DNA from: Candidatus Krumholzibacteriota bacterium
Lineage (GTDB): Bacteria; Krumholzibacteriota; Krumholzibacteriia; JAJRXK01
DNA: 64,000 nt
Reading direction: 5' to 3'
Assembly (NCBI GenBank): GCA_963727455.1
Contig: CAVSGG010000009.1
Coordinates: 483,532 to 547,531 of the forward strand
The notes beneath the pieces are model-generated. The model was given only the letters and a program-made list of their open reading frames with translations, was not told the origin of the DNA and ran no database searches. Below are positions 55,743 through 64,000 of this stretch, piece after piece (the stretch's first letter is position 1; each line of letters opens with the position of its first letter). Made by a program: the position numbers and the translations under genes.

Positions 55743-56330
55743 ATGAGGAAAGAAGAGAAAATCGTCGATCGCTTGAAGTTTCACTGGGCCACCCCCTCCC
55801 GCTGGAAGGACCTGGAGAAGCTCTTCGGGGAGCGCGGTGCCTGTGGGGGCTGCTGGTGCATGGTGTGGCGCCTGTCGAGCAAGGACTGGCATGCTGGCAA
55901 GGGGGGAGCGAACAAACGCGCCCTCAAACGCTTGGTGAGCAAGGGAGAGCGCCCCGGTGTTCTGGCCTACTTGGGAAAGGAAGCCATCGCCTGGTGCGCG
56001 ATCGCCCCGCGGAGCGAGTACTCCTATCTGGCCCGTTCGCGTGTCCTGCGAGCCATTGACGACGAACCCGTGTGGTCCATCTCCTGTCTCTTCATTCTGA
56101 AGCCCTATCGCCGCCAGGGAGTTTCGGTGGCTCTACTTCAGGCCGCAGTCGAGCTCGCCAAGAAGCGGGGAGCCAAAATCGTCGAGGGTTACCCGAGTTT
56201 GCCGAAGATGGAGAAAATTCCCGATACCTTCGTGTGGACCGGACTCCCCTCCGCCTTCCAGAAATCCGGTTTCAGCGAAGCGGCCCGCCATTCCCCGACT
56301 CGTCCCATCATGCGCCGCCGGTCGGACTGA
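55743..56330 (+). CDS. GNAT family N-acetyltransferase
   Basis: GACGGCWCM, WCAIAPR, WSISCLFI, RRQGVS motif A, VEGYP. Confidence 0.87.
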   Translation: MRKEEKIVDRLKFHWATPSRWKDLEKLFGERGACGGCWCMVWRLSSKDWHAGKGGANKRALKRLVSKGERPGVLAYLGKEAIAWCAIAPRSEYSYLARSRVLRAIDDEPVWSISCLFILKPYRRQGVSVALLQAAVELAKKRGAKIVEGYPSLPKMEKIPDTFVWTGLPSAFQKSGFSEAARHSPTRPIMRRRSD

Positions 56331-56352
56331 GCTCACCCGGCGAATCTGTAGA

Positions 56353-56895
56353 ATGTCGCTTCCAAGTCCCTCACAACCCATCCTGAAGTGGATTCGCTGC
56401 ACGGTCGACCCGGACCAGCGTCAGGCATTCGACAGGGCGCAGCGCGCCTGGTCCATGCTGCACGAAGTCGAGGGGTTCTTGGCTCAGACCGGGGGCTGGG
56501 ATTCAGAGCGCCAAAATGAAGCGGGAGTTCTCGCCCTCTGGCGCAGACCTGAGCACTACCAAGCATTCATGGACCGTGTCCACGACCGCGTGGTCGCCGC
56601 CTCGGGTCAGGACCGCAGCTATAGGCGGATACGGATTGAACTGTTCAGGCTCGCAGCCAGCGGGACCCCTCTCGCGAGGGAACTTTCCGAGGTCTTCACC
56701 CGCGCGCAGTCGATCCACCTCGCCCCACTGCCCGCTTGCGCCATCCGCGTCACCCTGCAATGGGGCGAAGCGAAGGAGGAAGATTTCATCGCAAGCCCGA
56801 GCGCGTCCGAGGGATCATCGCTCTCGACGGAGACAATCAGCCGCGATTCGCTCTTGCGCGTCGAGCCCGCCTGGCGAGTTCGAAGCTCAGATTGA
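56353..56895 (+). CDS. DUF4937/YdbC-like (ABM-fold) protein
   Basis: LKWIRCTV...F..AQ..W...GFLAQTGGW...FMDRVHD. Confidence 0.6.
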   Translation: MSLPSPSQPILKWIRCTVDPDQRQAFDRAQRAWSMLHEVEGFLAQTGGWDSERQNEAGVLALWRRPEHYQAFMDRVHDRVVAASGQDRSYRRIRIELFRLAASGTPLARELSEVFTRAQSIHLAPLPACAIRVTLQWGEAKEEDFIASPSASEGSSLSTETISRDSLLRVEPAWRVRSSD

Positions 56896-56953
56896 GCCTT
56901 GCCGCCACACGAGGCTTGGACTTAGAGTGCCAGCAGAGCCCAGGGAGACGTCC

Positions 56954-57995
56954 GTGACCCGCGAACATCTCAACCGTACCCCCGCCGAATCCGAACATGC
57001 CCTGCGCGCGCTGCGCTGGTTTCTGGTCATCGCCATGATCATCGTGATCGGTGTGACGGGCTATCGTCTGATCGAGGGCTGGAGCTGGCTGGAGTCCATC
57101 TATATGGTGGCGATCACCATGAGCACGGTGGGATTTGGCGAAACCAGACCGCTGAGCGACGCCGGTGCATCTCTTCACAATCTTCTTCATCATGCTCTCG
57201 GTCGGAACCATCGGTTTCGCACTGGCTCAACTCGTCAATTTCGCGCTCGAAGGGCATATCGGAGGCTTCCGGAGGGAGCGGCGAATGCAAAAGAAGATCG
57301 ACAAGCTCAGCGAACACATCATCGTCTGCGGTTTCGGCCGCGTGGGGCAAGAGGTCGTCAGCGAACTTCGACTGCGCGGGGGAACCGGGATGATCATCGA
57401 CCTCAACCCACCCGTCGAGGAACTCGAGGGCGAGAACATCTGTTACCTCAGAGGGAACGCCTCAAGCGAGGAAGTTCTGCTCCAGGCCGGAATTCTGCGC
57501 GCCCGCTGTCTCATCGCGGCCATGGACAGCGACACCGAAAACGTCTTCACGGTGCTGACGGCTCGCACCCTCAACCCCGATCTCCAGCTCATCGCGCGCG
57601 CCAGCGAGCCCGGAACCAGCCGCAAGCTCATGATGGTGGGGGCCAATCGGGTCATCTCTCCCTACGTGACCAGTGGCAGGCGCATGGCTGCGATGGCCAT
57701 GCAACCCGAGGTCGTCGATTTTCTGGAACAGTTCAACCAGCCTCTCGACGAAATCGGACTCGAGCTGGGGAAGGTCGAAGTTACGCCAAACTGCGAGCTA
57801 GACCAACACAGCCTGGCCGAGGTCGACTTGCGGCGGCGCAGCGGGGCCATGGTCCTGGCCGTCTACACTTCTGATGGAGTGGTCTTCAATCCCGATGCTC
57901 ACATGCAGCTGGAATCGGGGCAGCGCCTCATGGTACTCGGCAGCCGTCAGCAGCTCATCAAATTGAAGGAGATGGCAGCCGGCGCCAAATCCTAG
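56954..57995 (+). CDS. Two-TM potassium channel with RCK/TrkA domains (frameshift near 57170)
   Basis: Filter TMSTVGFGE, HIIVCGFGRVG, D.ENVF, GANRVISPY, TrkA-C FNPD. Confidence 0.9.
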
Positions 57996-58125
57996 CGTTT
58001 CTTCGGAAAAACAGTTCTGAATATCGTGAAGTGCGTGTGTCGAAATTGAAGCTCGACCCCCGGTCAATCAGTCAGAGCGCAAGTCCACCCATCCTCTATA
58101 TTGTGCCCTCCCCCAATTCCCCCCA

Positions 58126-58719
58126 ATGAAGGACGCTGACGTGATCAGATTTTCCAGAAAGCTACCAATGCTCGCACTCTCGTGGAGCGTGCTTTTCCTG
58201 GTGATGTTCTCGGCCGGCAACTCGTCTGCCGCCGACGAGGAGCAAGGCGAGAAGGCCGCGCCAGCTCCCTCGGCGAATGAGCAGATCGTGAGCCTCGAGG
58301 GAATGTGCGCTCAAAACGCGGAAGCGATGGCTGCTGCGGATTCTGCGAAGTCGCTCTATGAGAGACTCGGTGGCAGGGAGGGCATCCACAAGATCGTTGC
58401 CGAGGTCGTGCGACTCCACGGCCAGAACAAGGACTTCGACCGTTTCATGGACGAGGTCGACACGAAGCATCTCATCGAGGGCGTGACGCAATTCATGGTC
58501 TCGGCTACCGGGGGCCCCGGCGATTACGAAGGACCGAGCCTGGCTGAATCGCACGCCCATCTCAAATTGACCAATGCCGAATTTCTCTCGGCGGGCCACG
58601 ATGTCATGCAGGGGATGAAGAACATGGGTTGCAAAGAGGCAGAGATCAACGAGCTCATCTGCATGTTCGTCTCGCTACGTGATCAAGTCGTGATCGATTC
58701 TGACAAGGAACTCGATTGA
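58126..58719 (+). CDS. Group I truncated hemoglobin with an N-terminal signal peptide
   Basis: SLYERLGG, QFMVSATGGP..YEG, proximal His in AESHAHL, LTNAEF; preceded by a hydrophobic signal ending SSA. Confidence 0.8.
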   Translation: MKDADVIRFSRKLPMLALSWSVLFLVMFSAGNSSAADEEQGEKAAPAPSANEQIVSLEGMCAQNAEAMAAADSAKSLYERLGGREGIHKIVAEVVRLHGQNKDFDRFMDEVDTKHLIEGVTQFMVSATGGPGDYEGPSLAESHAHLKLTNAEFLSAGHDVMQGMKNMGCKEAEINELICMFVSLRDQVVIDSDKELD

Positions 58720-58725
58720 CTTTCC

Positions 58726-58752
58726 GGGTTGCCCCGCCCCGCGGGGCAACCC
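58726..58752. terminator. GC-rich hairpin between convergent genes (possible bidirectional terminator)
   Basis: Perfect 12-bp stem GGGTTGCCCCGC/GCGGGGCAACCC with a 3-nt loop; U tracts are weak. Confidence 0.55.
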
Positions 58753-58765
58753 CCAACTCTCGCTC

Positions 58766-59315
58766 TTACTCGTCCTGACGCTTGTAGTATCCGACGAATA
58801 GCTTCTTCCAGGTCTCTCCACCGTCACGCGAAGCCCGCCAAGTCTGCCGTACGCGTCCATCGTCCAGCTTTTCCCAAGTGATCTCGTGGTCGACCATTCC
58901 CTTTGCCATCCCGCGCGGGGAGCTGTCCCTTGAGCACCATATTCCCGTTTTCGTCGAGACCCCCATCGAGCAACAGCAACAGGCCGTGGTCGCCGATCCA
59001 GGTCTGATGCCAGACTCCGCGACGCTTGTCGTACATGTTGAAGCTGTGCCCCTTCGATCCCTCGGCTCCCACCCAATTCTCCTCGATCGCGCACTTGCCC
59101 AGCACCCGCTCCACCCGATTCGTCCCCTGGAACTTTCCGTCCTCGTCAGTGACCCGCCAGTTTCCCAGCCAAAAATCGAACTGAGAATATTCGGGATCCG
59201 TGCACGGAGGGGGCGGCGTCTTTTCTGCCTGTGCGTCTTCCTGCGCGCGCGAGAAGCTGGCCGCGAAAATGATGCAACAGAATAGAGCTAGGGACACTTG
59301 CGAACGGAACTTCAT
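58766..59315 (-). CDS. Exported beta-rich hypothetical protein (DUF1579-like; frameshifted)
   Basis: Signal peptide; CTDPEYSQFDFWLGNW, CAIEENW, WHQTW, VRQTW..S.DGGETW. Confidence 0.65.
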
Positions 59316-59340
59316 CGTTACCTCCAAAAGGGGGAATCCA

Positions 59341-60003
59341 TCATCTGTTTCTTCTGTGCTGGGAGCGGATCTTCTCACGTTGTTTCTGTACGGCCTCGAT
59401 GTGGTCTTTCCAGATCTCCTTCTGATCCGTGTCGAGGAACTCGAGGATGACCTCGTTGGATTCCCTCATTTCCTTGCGCAGACTGTCCATTGCGCCCTGA
59501 TCGCGCGTATGGCGGACGCTCTCTCGCAGGGCCCTCAAGCGCAAGCGGGAGCGGCGCAGGACCGGGTAGATCTTTCGGCACTGATCCAGGGTAAGGGACA
59601 GCGTGGTGTCCATCTGCAGAAGCTGAGGATCCAGCCACCACTCATTTTCCTTGTCGACGAGAGTCTGATAGCTGGCGGCCTGCGGCGGGCTCAAGAGAGC
59701 GAGTACGGAATCGTGGGTCTTCTGAGCGCGCTCCTCCATCTTCGACGAGTCGCCTCTCTCCTCAGGCGGTCCGGAGCCTTCACGATCGCCCTCCGGCCTC
59801 CGCTCACCCATGCTGGGGCGATCCTCGCGGGTCCGTTGTGCGAGCGAATCGAGGATCTGCTCGATCGCCTTGGCCTGATCACCCTCCAGTGAAAGCTGTG
59901 TGCTCAGATAGTTCACACGGCGCGCTACCGCATTCTCCAGTTCGGCCGCATTCGCCACGGTCGTAAGGGTGAGGAGGCAAAGAAGCGCAACGAATGCCTT
60001 CAT
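59341..60003 (-). CDS. Exported all-helical protein (Spy/CpxP-like repeats)
   Basis: Signal MKAFVALLCLLTLTTVANA; repeats LSLEGDQ/LSLTLDQ and LSPPQ/LDTDQ. Confidence 0.55.
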   Translation of the reverse strand: MKAFVALLCLLTLTTVANAAELENAVARRVNYLSTQLSLEGDQAKAIEQILDSLAQRTREDRPSMGERRPEGDREGSGPPEERGDSSKMEERAQKTHDSVLALLSPPQAASYQTLVDKENEWWLDPQLLQMDTTLSLTLDQCRKIYPVLRRSRLRLRALRESVRHTRDQGAMDSLRKEMRESNEVILEFLDTDQKEIWKDHIEAVQKQREKIRSQHRRNR

Positions 60004-60138
60004 CACGACGATCATCTCCAGTTTCCAGCGGGCGGATCTGCCCGAAAGCGTTGGTACAGACGGTCTTGTCAAGGAGACCACTCTTGGCCTTATAATGAAC
60101 GAAGACGCGCCCGAATTTTCCAGTACAAGCTCGTACAA

Positions 60139-61143
60139 TTGTGCTTCCATTTTCTCGGAGGTCCCAAATTGGTTAATAGCTCACGAATCCGGTTGTTCGC
60201 ATGTAGCGCAGGCCTGGCCCTTCTGTGTTCATTGAATTCATCGCTGCCGTCGCAGGCCGATACATCCGTCTCGGTTGGTGGAAAATGCAATGTCTACGGC
60301 GCCGGGCACGCGACTGCTCCTGGACCGGGGGGCAGCGTCACTGGCGGGTACGGCGGAGGGATTCTTCCTTTCGAGATCGCCCTCCCTTCGGGCACGGGAC
60401 GCAGTTGTACTTTCGACCTGAGCGGAACCATCGACTACGGTGGGTGTTGCCCACCGTCCGGCCCGGATGGCGCCGCGTTCACGAACATCCTCGAGGCGCC
60501 AGCATATGGCGGTATTGCTGGATGCGATCTTTCAACCCGCGCCCGCTATCTCACGGGAGTCTTTCTCGATGACAACGAGCCGGTGGACCCCGCGCCCGAC
60601 CGAATCATCTTCTCCGGCATCGATTTCGCCGAACTCAGTCCCGGTTTGCGGCAAGTCTTCTTCCTCGGAGATGGCTGGACGGGAGAGGGAGACGGAAACC
60701 TCCAGGTATTTCACATCCCCGATGGAGCGACCCGACTTTTCTTGGGCTACCAGGACCGTTGCAGCACCACCCCCAACGTGCCCGGCTGCTACGATGACAA
60801 TGGCGGCTTGGTGACGGGAACGGTGAGTTTCTCCCTTCCGACCTCCGCGACGCCTGGCGTCAATGTCTCGATGCGCCTGCAGCAAAACTTTCCCAACCCA
60901 TTCAACCCCAGAACCTCGATCTCCTTCACCATCACACAAGCTGGTCCTTACGAGCTCGAGATCTACTCCGCAAATGGTCAACTGGTGCGCCACGTACACC
61001 ACGGATGGCTCGAGCCCGGCCACTACACCCGCAATTGGGATGGATTGGATGCGGATGCTCAACCGGCAGCGAGTGGGATCTATTTTTGCCGGCTCAAGGG
61101 GCTTTACGAATCGAAGACGATGCGGATGGCCCTGCTGCGCTGA
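60139..61143 (+). CDS. Exported protein with a C-terminal FlgD-Ig domain
   Basis: Signal peptide; C-terminal LQQNFPNPFNPRTSISF...IYSANGQLVR...WDG.D...ASGIYFCRL...MALLR. Confidence 0.85.
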   Translation: MCFHFLGGPKLVNSSRIRLFACSAGLALLCSLNSSLPSQADTSVSVGGKCNVYGAGHATAPGPGGSVTGGYGGGILPFEIALPSGTGRSCTFDLSGTIDYGGCCPPSGPDGAAFTNILEAPAYGGIAGCDLSTRARYLTGVFLDDNEPVDPAPDRIIFSGIDFAELSPGLRQVFFLGDGWTGEGDGNLQVFHIPDGATRLFLGYQDRCSTTPNVPGCYDDNGGLVTGTVSFSLPTSATPGVNVSMRLQQNFPNPFNPRTSISFTITQAGPYELEIYSANGQLVRHVHHGWLEPGHYTRNWDGLDADAQPAASGIYFCRLKGLYESKTMRMALLR

Positions 61144-61306
61144 TCTCGTCGTCGATGATGGAGTCTTTCCCGTCGCCGTCGCCGTCGTGCATGAAGTGCC
61201 GGTAGAGCAACCAGGTGGCGACGCAGGAGAATCCGAAGAGGAGCGCGGGGACGATCCAGGCCCAGAACACGTTGGAGACCATGGGCTCTACCGGCAACTC
61301 ATTCAT
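61094..61306 (-). CDS. Small single-TM protein
   Basis: SNVFWAWIVPALLFGFSCVATWLLYRHF helix; start overlaps the upstream small ORF (ATGAATGA). Confidence 0.6.
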   Translation of the reverse strand: MNELPVEPMVSNVFWAWIVPALLFGFSCVATWLLYRHFMHDGDGDGKDSIIDDEISAAGPSASSSIRKAP

Positions 61307-61433
61307 CGCGGTCCTTTCGCTGCCGGTGGTGGGGTCCGCGCCGACGCCACGACCACCAGGCCAAGAGCAGCCCGGCGAACGACGCCACGTACGAAATGCT
61401 CATCCCGATGACGGTGGCCAGCGCACGATCCAT
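61299..61433 (-). CDS. 44-aa single-TM peptide (below the ORF-track cutoff)
   Basis: MDRALATVIGMSISYVASFAGLLLAWWSWRRRGPHHRQRKDRDE*; starts 1 nt after the symporter stop, with GGAGG upstream. Confidence 0.6.
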   Translation of the reverse strand: MDRALATVIGMSISYVASFAGLLLAWWSWRRRGPHHRQRKDRDE

Positions 61434-61434
61434 C

Positions 61435-63324
61435 TCAGCCCTCCGCCTTGTCCAGAGTCAGCGCCTCGTTTTCCAAAATGTAGCGGCTCTGGCGTTCCTC
61501 GTACTCCGCGGAGACGGCACGCATTTTGGGGTCGATGATCCACCAGAGCAGGACCATTCCCACGACCGCGGCCGCGAGCACGAAGAAGCCCTCGACGCGC
61601 AGAAGCAGCGACCAGGTCACTCCGATCATGAGGCAGGCCAGGACCAGTGGCGAGAGAACGATGACGAACCAGTCTTCGCGGGTCCAGCTTTCGGCCTCGG
61701 CCGCGCTCCAACGGCGGCGCACCAGCGCTCGCCCTTTGGCCGCGGCGGGTTCCTGCGCGGGAACCAAGCCGCGCCGAACTGCCTCGCGGTGGACCGGGCC
61801 CCAGAAACCCAAAGGGCGCGTCATCGAGTAGTAGCGCACCAGGTGATCCATCGGCTCGGCCGGCGTGAGCAGAGTGGCCGGGATGAGAATCACCGCGCCC
61901 AGTCCCAGCAGGATCCAGAACTGCATGTAGTCGGGAAGGCTGGGGATGAAATGGAGTTCGGGTAACACCCACACCACGAGCCAGCTCAGTCCGAGGTTCG
62001 CGATCCATCCCACCAGATAGCCCCAGGCGTTGAAACGCCACCAGATCACCTGCAGGATGTTGGGCAGCCAGACTCCGGCCATCATCAGCCACAGGGCAAA
62101 GATGAGCCAGCTGGTGATGTTCTCCATCATCAATCCATAGAAGAAGGAGCCGGCCAAAAGGGCAAAGGTGGCGATACGTCCCACTCGCACCAGCTCGGCG
62201 GGACCTGCCTGCGGCCGCAGGTAACGCTCCCATAGATCGCGCGTGAAGTAGAGGGCGCCGAGATTCAAGTGGCTCGAAATGGTGGAGAGGTGAATCGCGA
62301 GAATGGCTCCGAAGAAAACCCCGATCATGCCGGTGGGAAGAAGTTCGAAGCCCAGGCGGAACCAACCCAGTTCGTACTCGCTGGTCTTGGCGATGTGGGG
62401 CAGCATGGTGAAGAATCCCAGGATTCCCGCCGCCCAAAAGCCGTTGCGAATCATGGTGACCGCGCCGCCGGCCCAGATCCCGTAGGTCGCGTCACGCACC
62501 GTCTTGGCCGATTGGATGCGCTGCGCCTCCACGTACCAGTCGATACTTGTGCCCATGCCGAAACCGCCCACCACCGCGATGACCAGCATGGTAAGGCACC
62601 AGGCGATGGGGAAATCACCCCCGGTCCAGCCGGTAAAGGCGAAGGGATTGAGCCGCCAGCTCTCTCCGAGCGTCACAAGCTTGGCCCCGATGGCTGGCGC
62701 TCCGCCGGCCGCGTGCACTCCGAGCAGCGAGACCAGAACGATGGCGAAGATGGCGACGATTCCCTGCAGGAAGTCGCCCATCACCACTCCCCAATAGCCC
62801 GCGCCCAGAGTGTAGAGAGCCGTGATCACACCGGGGATCACCAAGCCGACCCAGAGGGGCCAGCCGAAGGCCAGCGCGCAGACCTTGCCCATGGCCATGC
62901 CCACCCAACCGAGGATGAACATGTTCATGAACACCTGCCAGCCCGCCATCCACCCGCGCAAGAGTTCGGCGCCCAATCCGTAGAAGCGCAGGGTCTGCCA
63001 TTCAGCTTGGGTGTAGGCGAGAGAACGGCGGAAGATGCGCGCCGAAACGAAGGCGCCGATTCCGGTCCAGGCCGTGAAGAAGGTGTACCAGAGACCGCGC
63101 AGACCGTGCTGGTAGATGACGCCGCTGATCCACATCGGAGTGTCGGTCGCGGTGTGGGTGCTGAAGACCGAGGCAGCGGGTAACCACCAGGGAAGTCCAC
63201 GACCGGCGAGGAAGAAATCGCTCTTGCCTCGGCGCGCGAGCCGGTAGAAGAGCGCGGCGCCGCCGACCATCAACAGCAGAAATGCCGTGGCCCAGAAGAT
63301 ATCGATCCAGGTGAATCGAATCAT
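61435..63324 (-). CDS. Sodium:solute symporter (SSS) family transporter
   Basis: DFFLAGRGLPWW, GYWGVVMGDFLQ, AQRIQSAK, LSTISSHLN; many TMs with two extra C-terminal helices. Confidence 0.9.
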   Translation of the reverse strand: MIRFTWIDIFWATAFLLLMVGGAALFYRLARRGKSDFFLAGRGLPWWLPAASVFSTHTATDTPMWISGVIYQHGLRGLWYTFFTAWTGIGAFVSARIFRRSLAYTQAEWQTLRFYGLGAELLRGWMAGWQVFMNMFILGWVGMAMGKVCALAFGWPLWVGLVIPGVITALYTLGAGYWGVVMGDFLQGIVAIFAIVLVSLLGVHAAGGAPAIGAKLVTLGESWRLNPFAFTGWTGGDFPIAWCLTMLVIAVVGGFGMGTSIDWYVEAQRIQSAKTVRDATYGIWAGGAVTMIRNGFWAAGILGFFTMLPHIAKTSEYELGWFRLGFELLPTGMIGVFFGAILAIHLSTISSHLNLGALYFTRDLWERYLRPQAGPAELVRVGRIATFALLAGSFFYGLMMENITSWLIFALWLMMAGVWLPNILQVIWWRFNAWGYLVGWIANLGLSWLVVWVLPELHFIPSLPDYMQFWILLGLGAVILIPATLLTPAEPMDHLVRYYSMTRPLGFWGPVHREAVRRGLVPAQEPAAAKGRALVRRRWSAAEAESWTREDWFVIVLSPLVLACLMIGVTWSLLLRVEGFFVLAAAVVGMVLLWWIIDPKMRAVSAEYEERQSRYILENEALTLDKAEG

Positions 63325-63412
63325 CGTGCTCCCGCCGCTCAGGCTAGGCCTCTCATCCGACCGGCGCCGATGGTAGCGGTCCCGCGCGCATCAAGCAACA
63401 AACTCCCACGGA

Positions 63413-64000
63413 ATGTCGTATATTCCAGTTCATCCCCCAAGGTGCCATGCTCGCCCTCATTTCTGACTTTATTCGTGTTCACGACGCCGCGCGGTTTCGA
63501 TGCGCTGTGGCGGGAATACAATTCCGCGGGGACTCCAGCGGGGCGCGAGACCGCCTGGACCCTACTGAAGAGCGAGGGCTGGCCTGCAGACTACGATTCG
63601 ACTCTGCAGCGGCTGCGCGCGCGCAGTTATCCGAGTTTCGTTCCTACCGGCGAACTGCACGAGGAGCGCGTGGACCAGGAGGGATTGCACTATCCCTACA
63701 CCGTCCTCGTGCCCAAGACCTACGATCCCAAACGATCCTATCCCCTGCGGATGATTCTTCACGGCTCCACGCGACATTCGGCCTGGCGAGACGGGGTGGA
63801 CCACTGGCGCAACAAGGACCCCTTTCGCAGCGCGAACATGATCACCGTATTTCCCGCGGCCTGGGAAGACGCCATGTGGTGGACGCAGCGTCAGGTCGAC
63901 AATCTCTCGGCCATCCTCGATCTCTTGCGCGCGCGCTACCACATCGATTCGAATCGCTGCAGCTTGATGGGATTGTCGGACGGCGGAACCGGGACCTTTT
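63413..64000 (+). CDS. Alpha/beta hydrolase (esterase/peptidase-like); partial, frameshifted, start uncertain
   Basis: Hand-translated: YTVLVPKTYDPKRSYPLRMILHG...RARYHIDSNRCSLMGLSDGGTG (GxSxG). Confidence 0.7.

Overview
GC-rich bacterial chromosomal window with no rRNA, tRNA, CRISPR array or mobile element that I can recognise. Many genes, mostly after ~15.7 kb, are split by single-base frameshifts. This pattern fits uncorrected long-read indels better than real decay, so the split genes were reconstructed across frames and some ends are approximate. Two export-type C-termini (a FlgD-Ig 'QNFPNPFNPRT' domain and a terminal 'WGALKARF' motif) suggest an FCB-related lineage such as Ca. Krumholzibacteriota/Eisenbacteria/Latescibacterota (inference). 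Content in order: (1) wzm/wzt polysaccharide cluster with an NDP-sugar C-methyltransferase; (2) DASS transporter and speD-speE; (3) one operon carrying two different molybdoenzyme systems (DMSO-reductase family with a DmsB-DmsC fusion, and Tat-exported IorAB); (4) acyl-CoA dehydrogenase, RRM protein and a hybrid histidine kinase; (5) a divergent pair of bacterial Elp3 and a Trm9/ALKBH8-like methyltransferase; (6) tandem Thr-nucleophile sulfatase-like lipoproteins; (7) a full NAD-reducing group 3d [NiFe]-hydrogenase locus (hoxFUYHW, Ni transporter, hypFCDEAB); (8) a B12 radical SAM gene; (9) a five-gene operon encoding a heme-b-like membrane protein, a permuted Fe-S/flavin NAD(P)H oxidoreductase, 20-heme and 13-heme cytochromes c and an outer-membrane beta-barrel; (10) a K+ channel, an exported truncated globin, and an SSS symporter followed by two tiny membrane peptides. 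The best candidates for undescribed systems are the putative NAD(P)H-to-cell-surface electron conduit (48.6-55.3 kb) beside the hydrogenase and the Elp3 + Trm9-like pair, a possible eukaryote-like mcm5U34 pathway in a bacterium.
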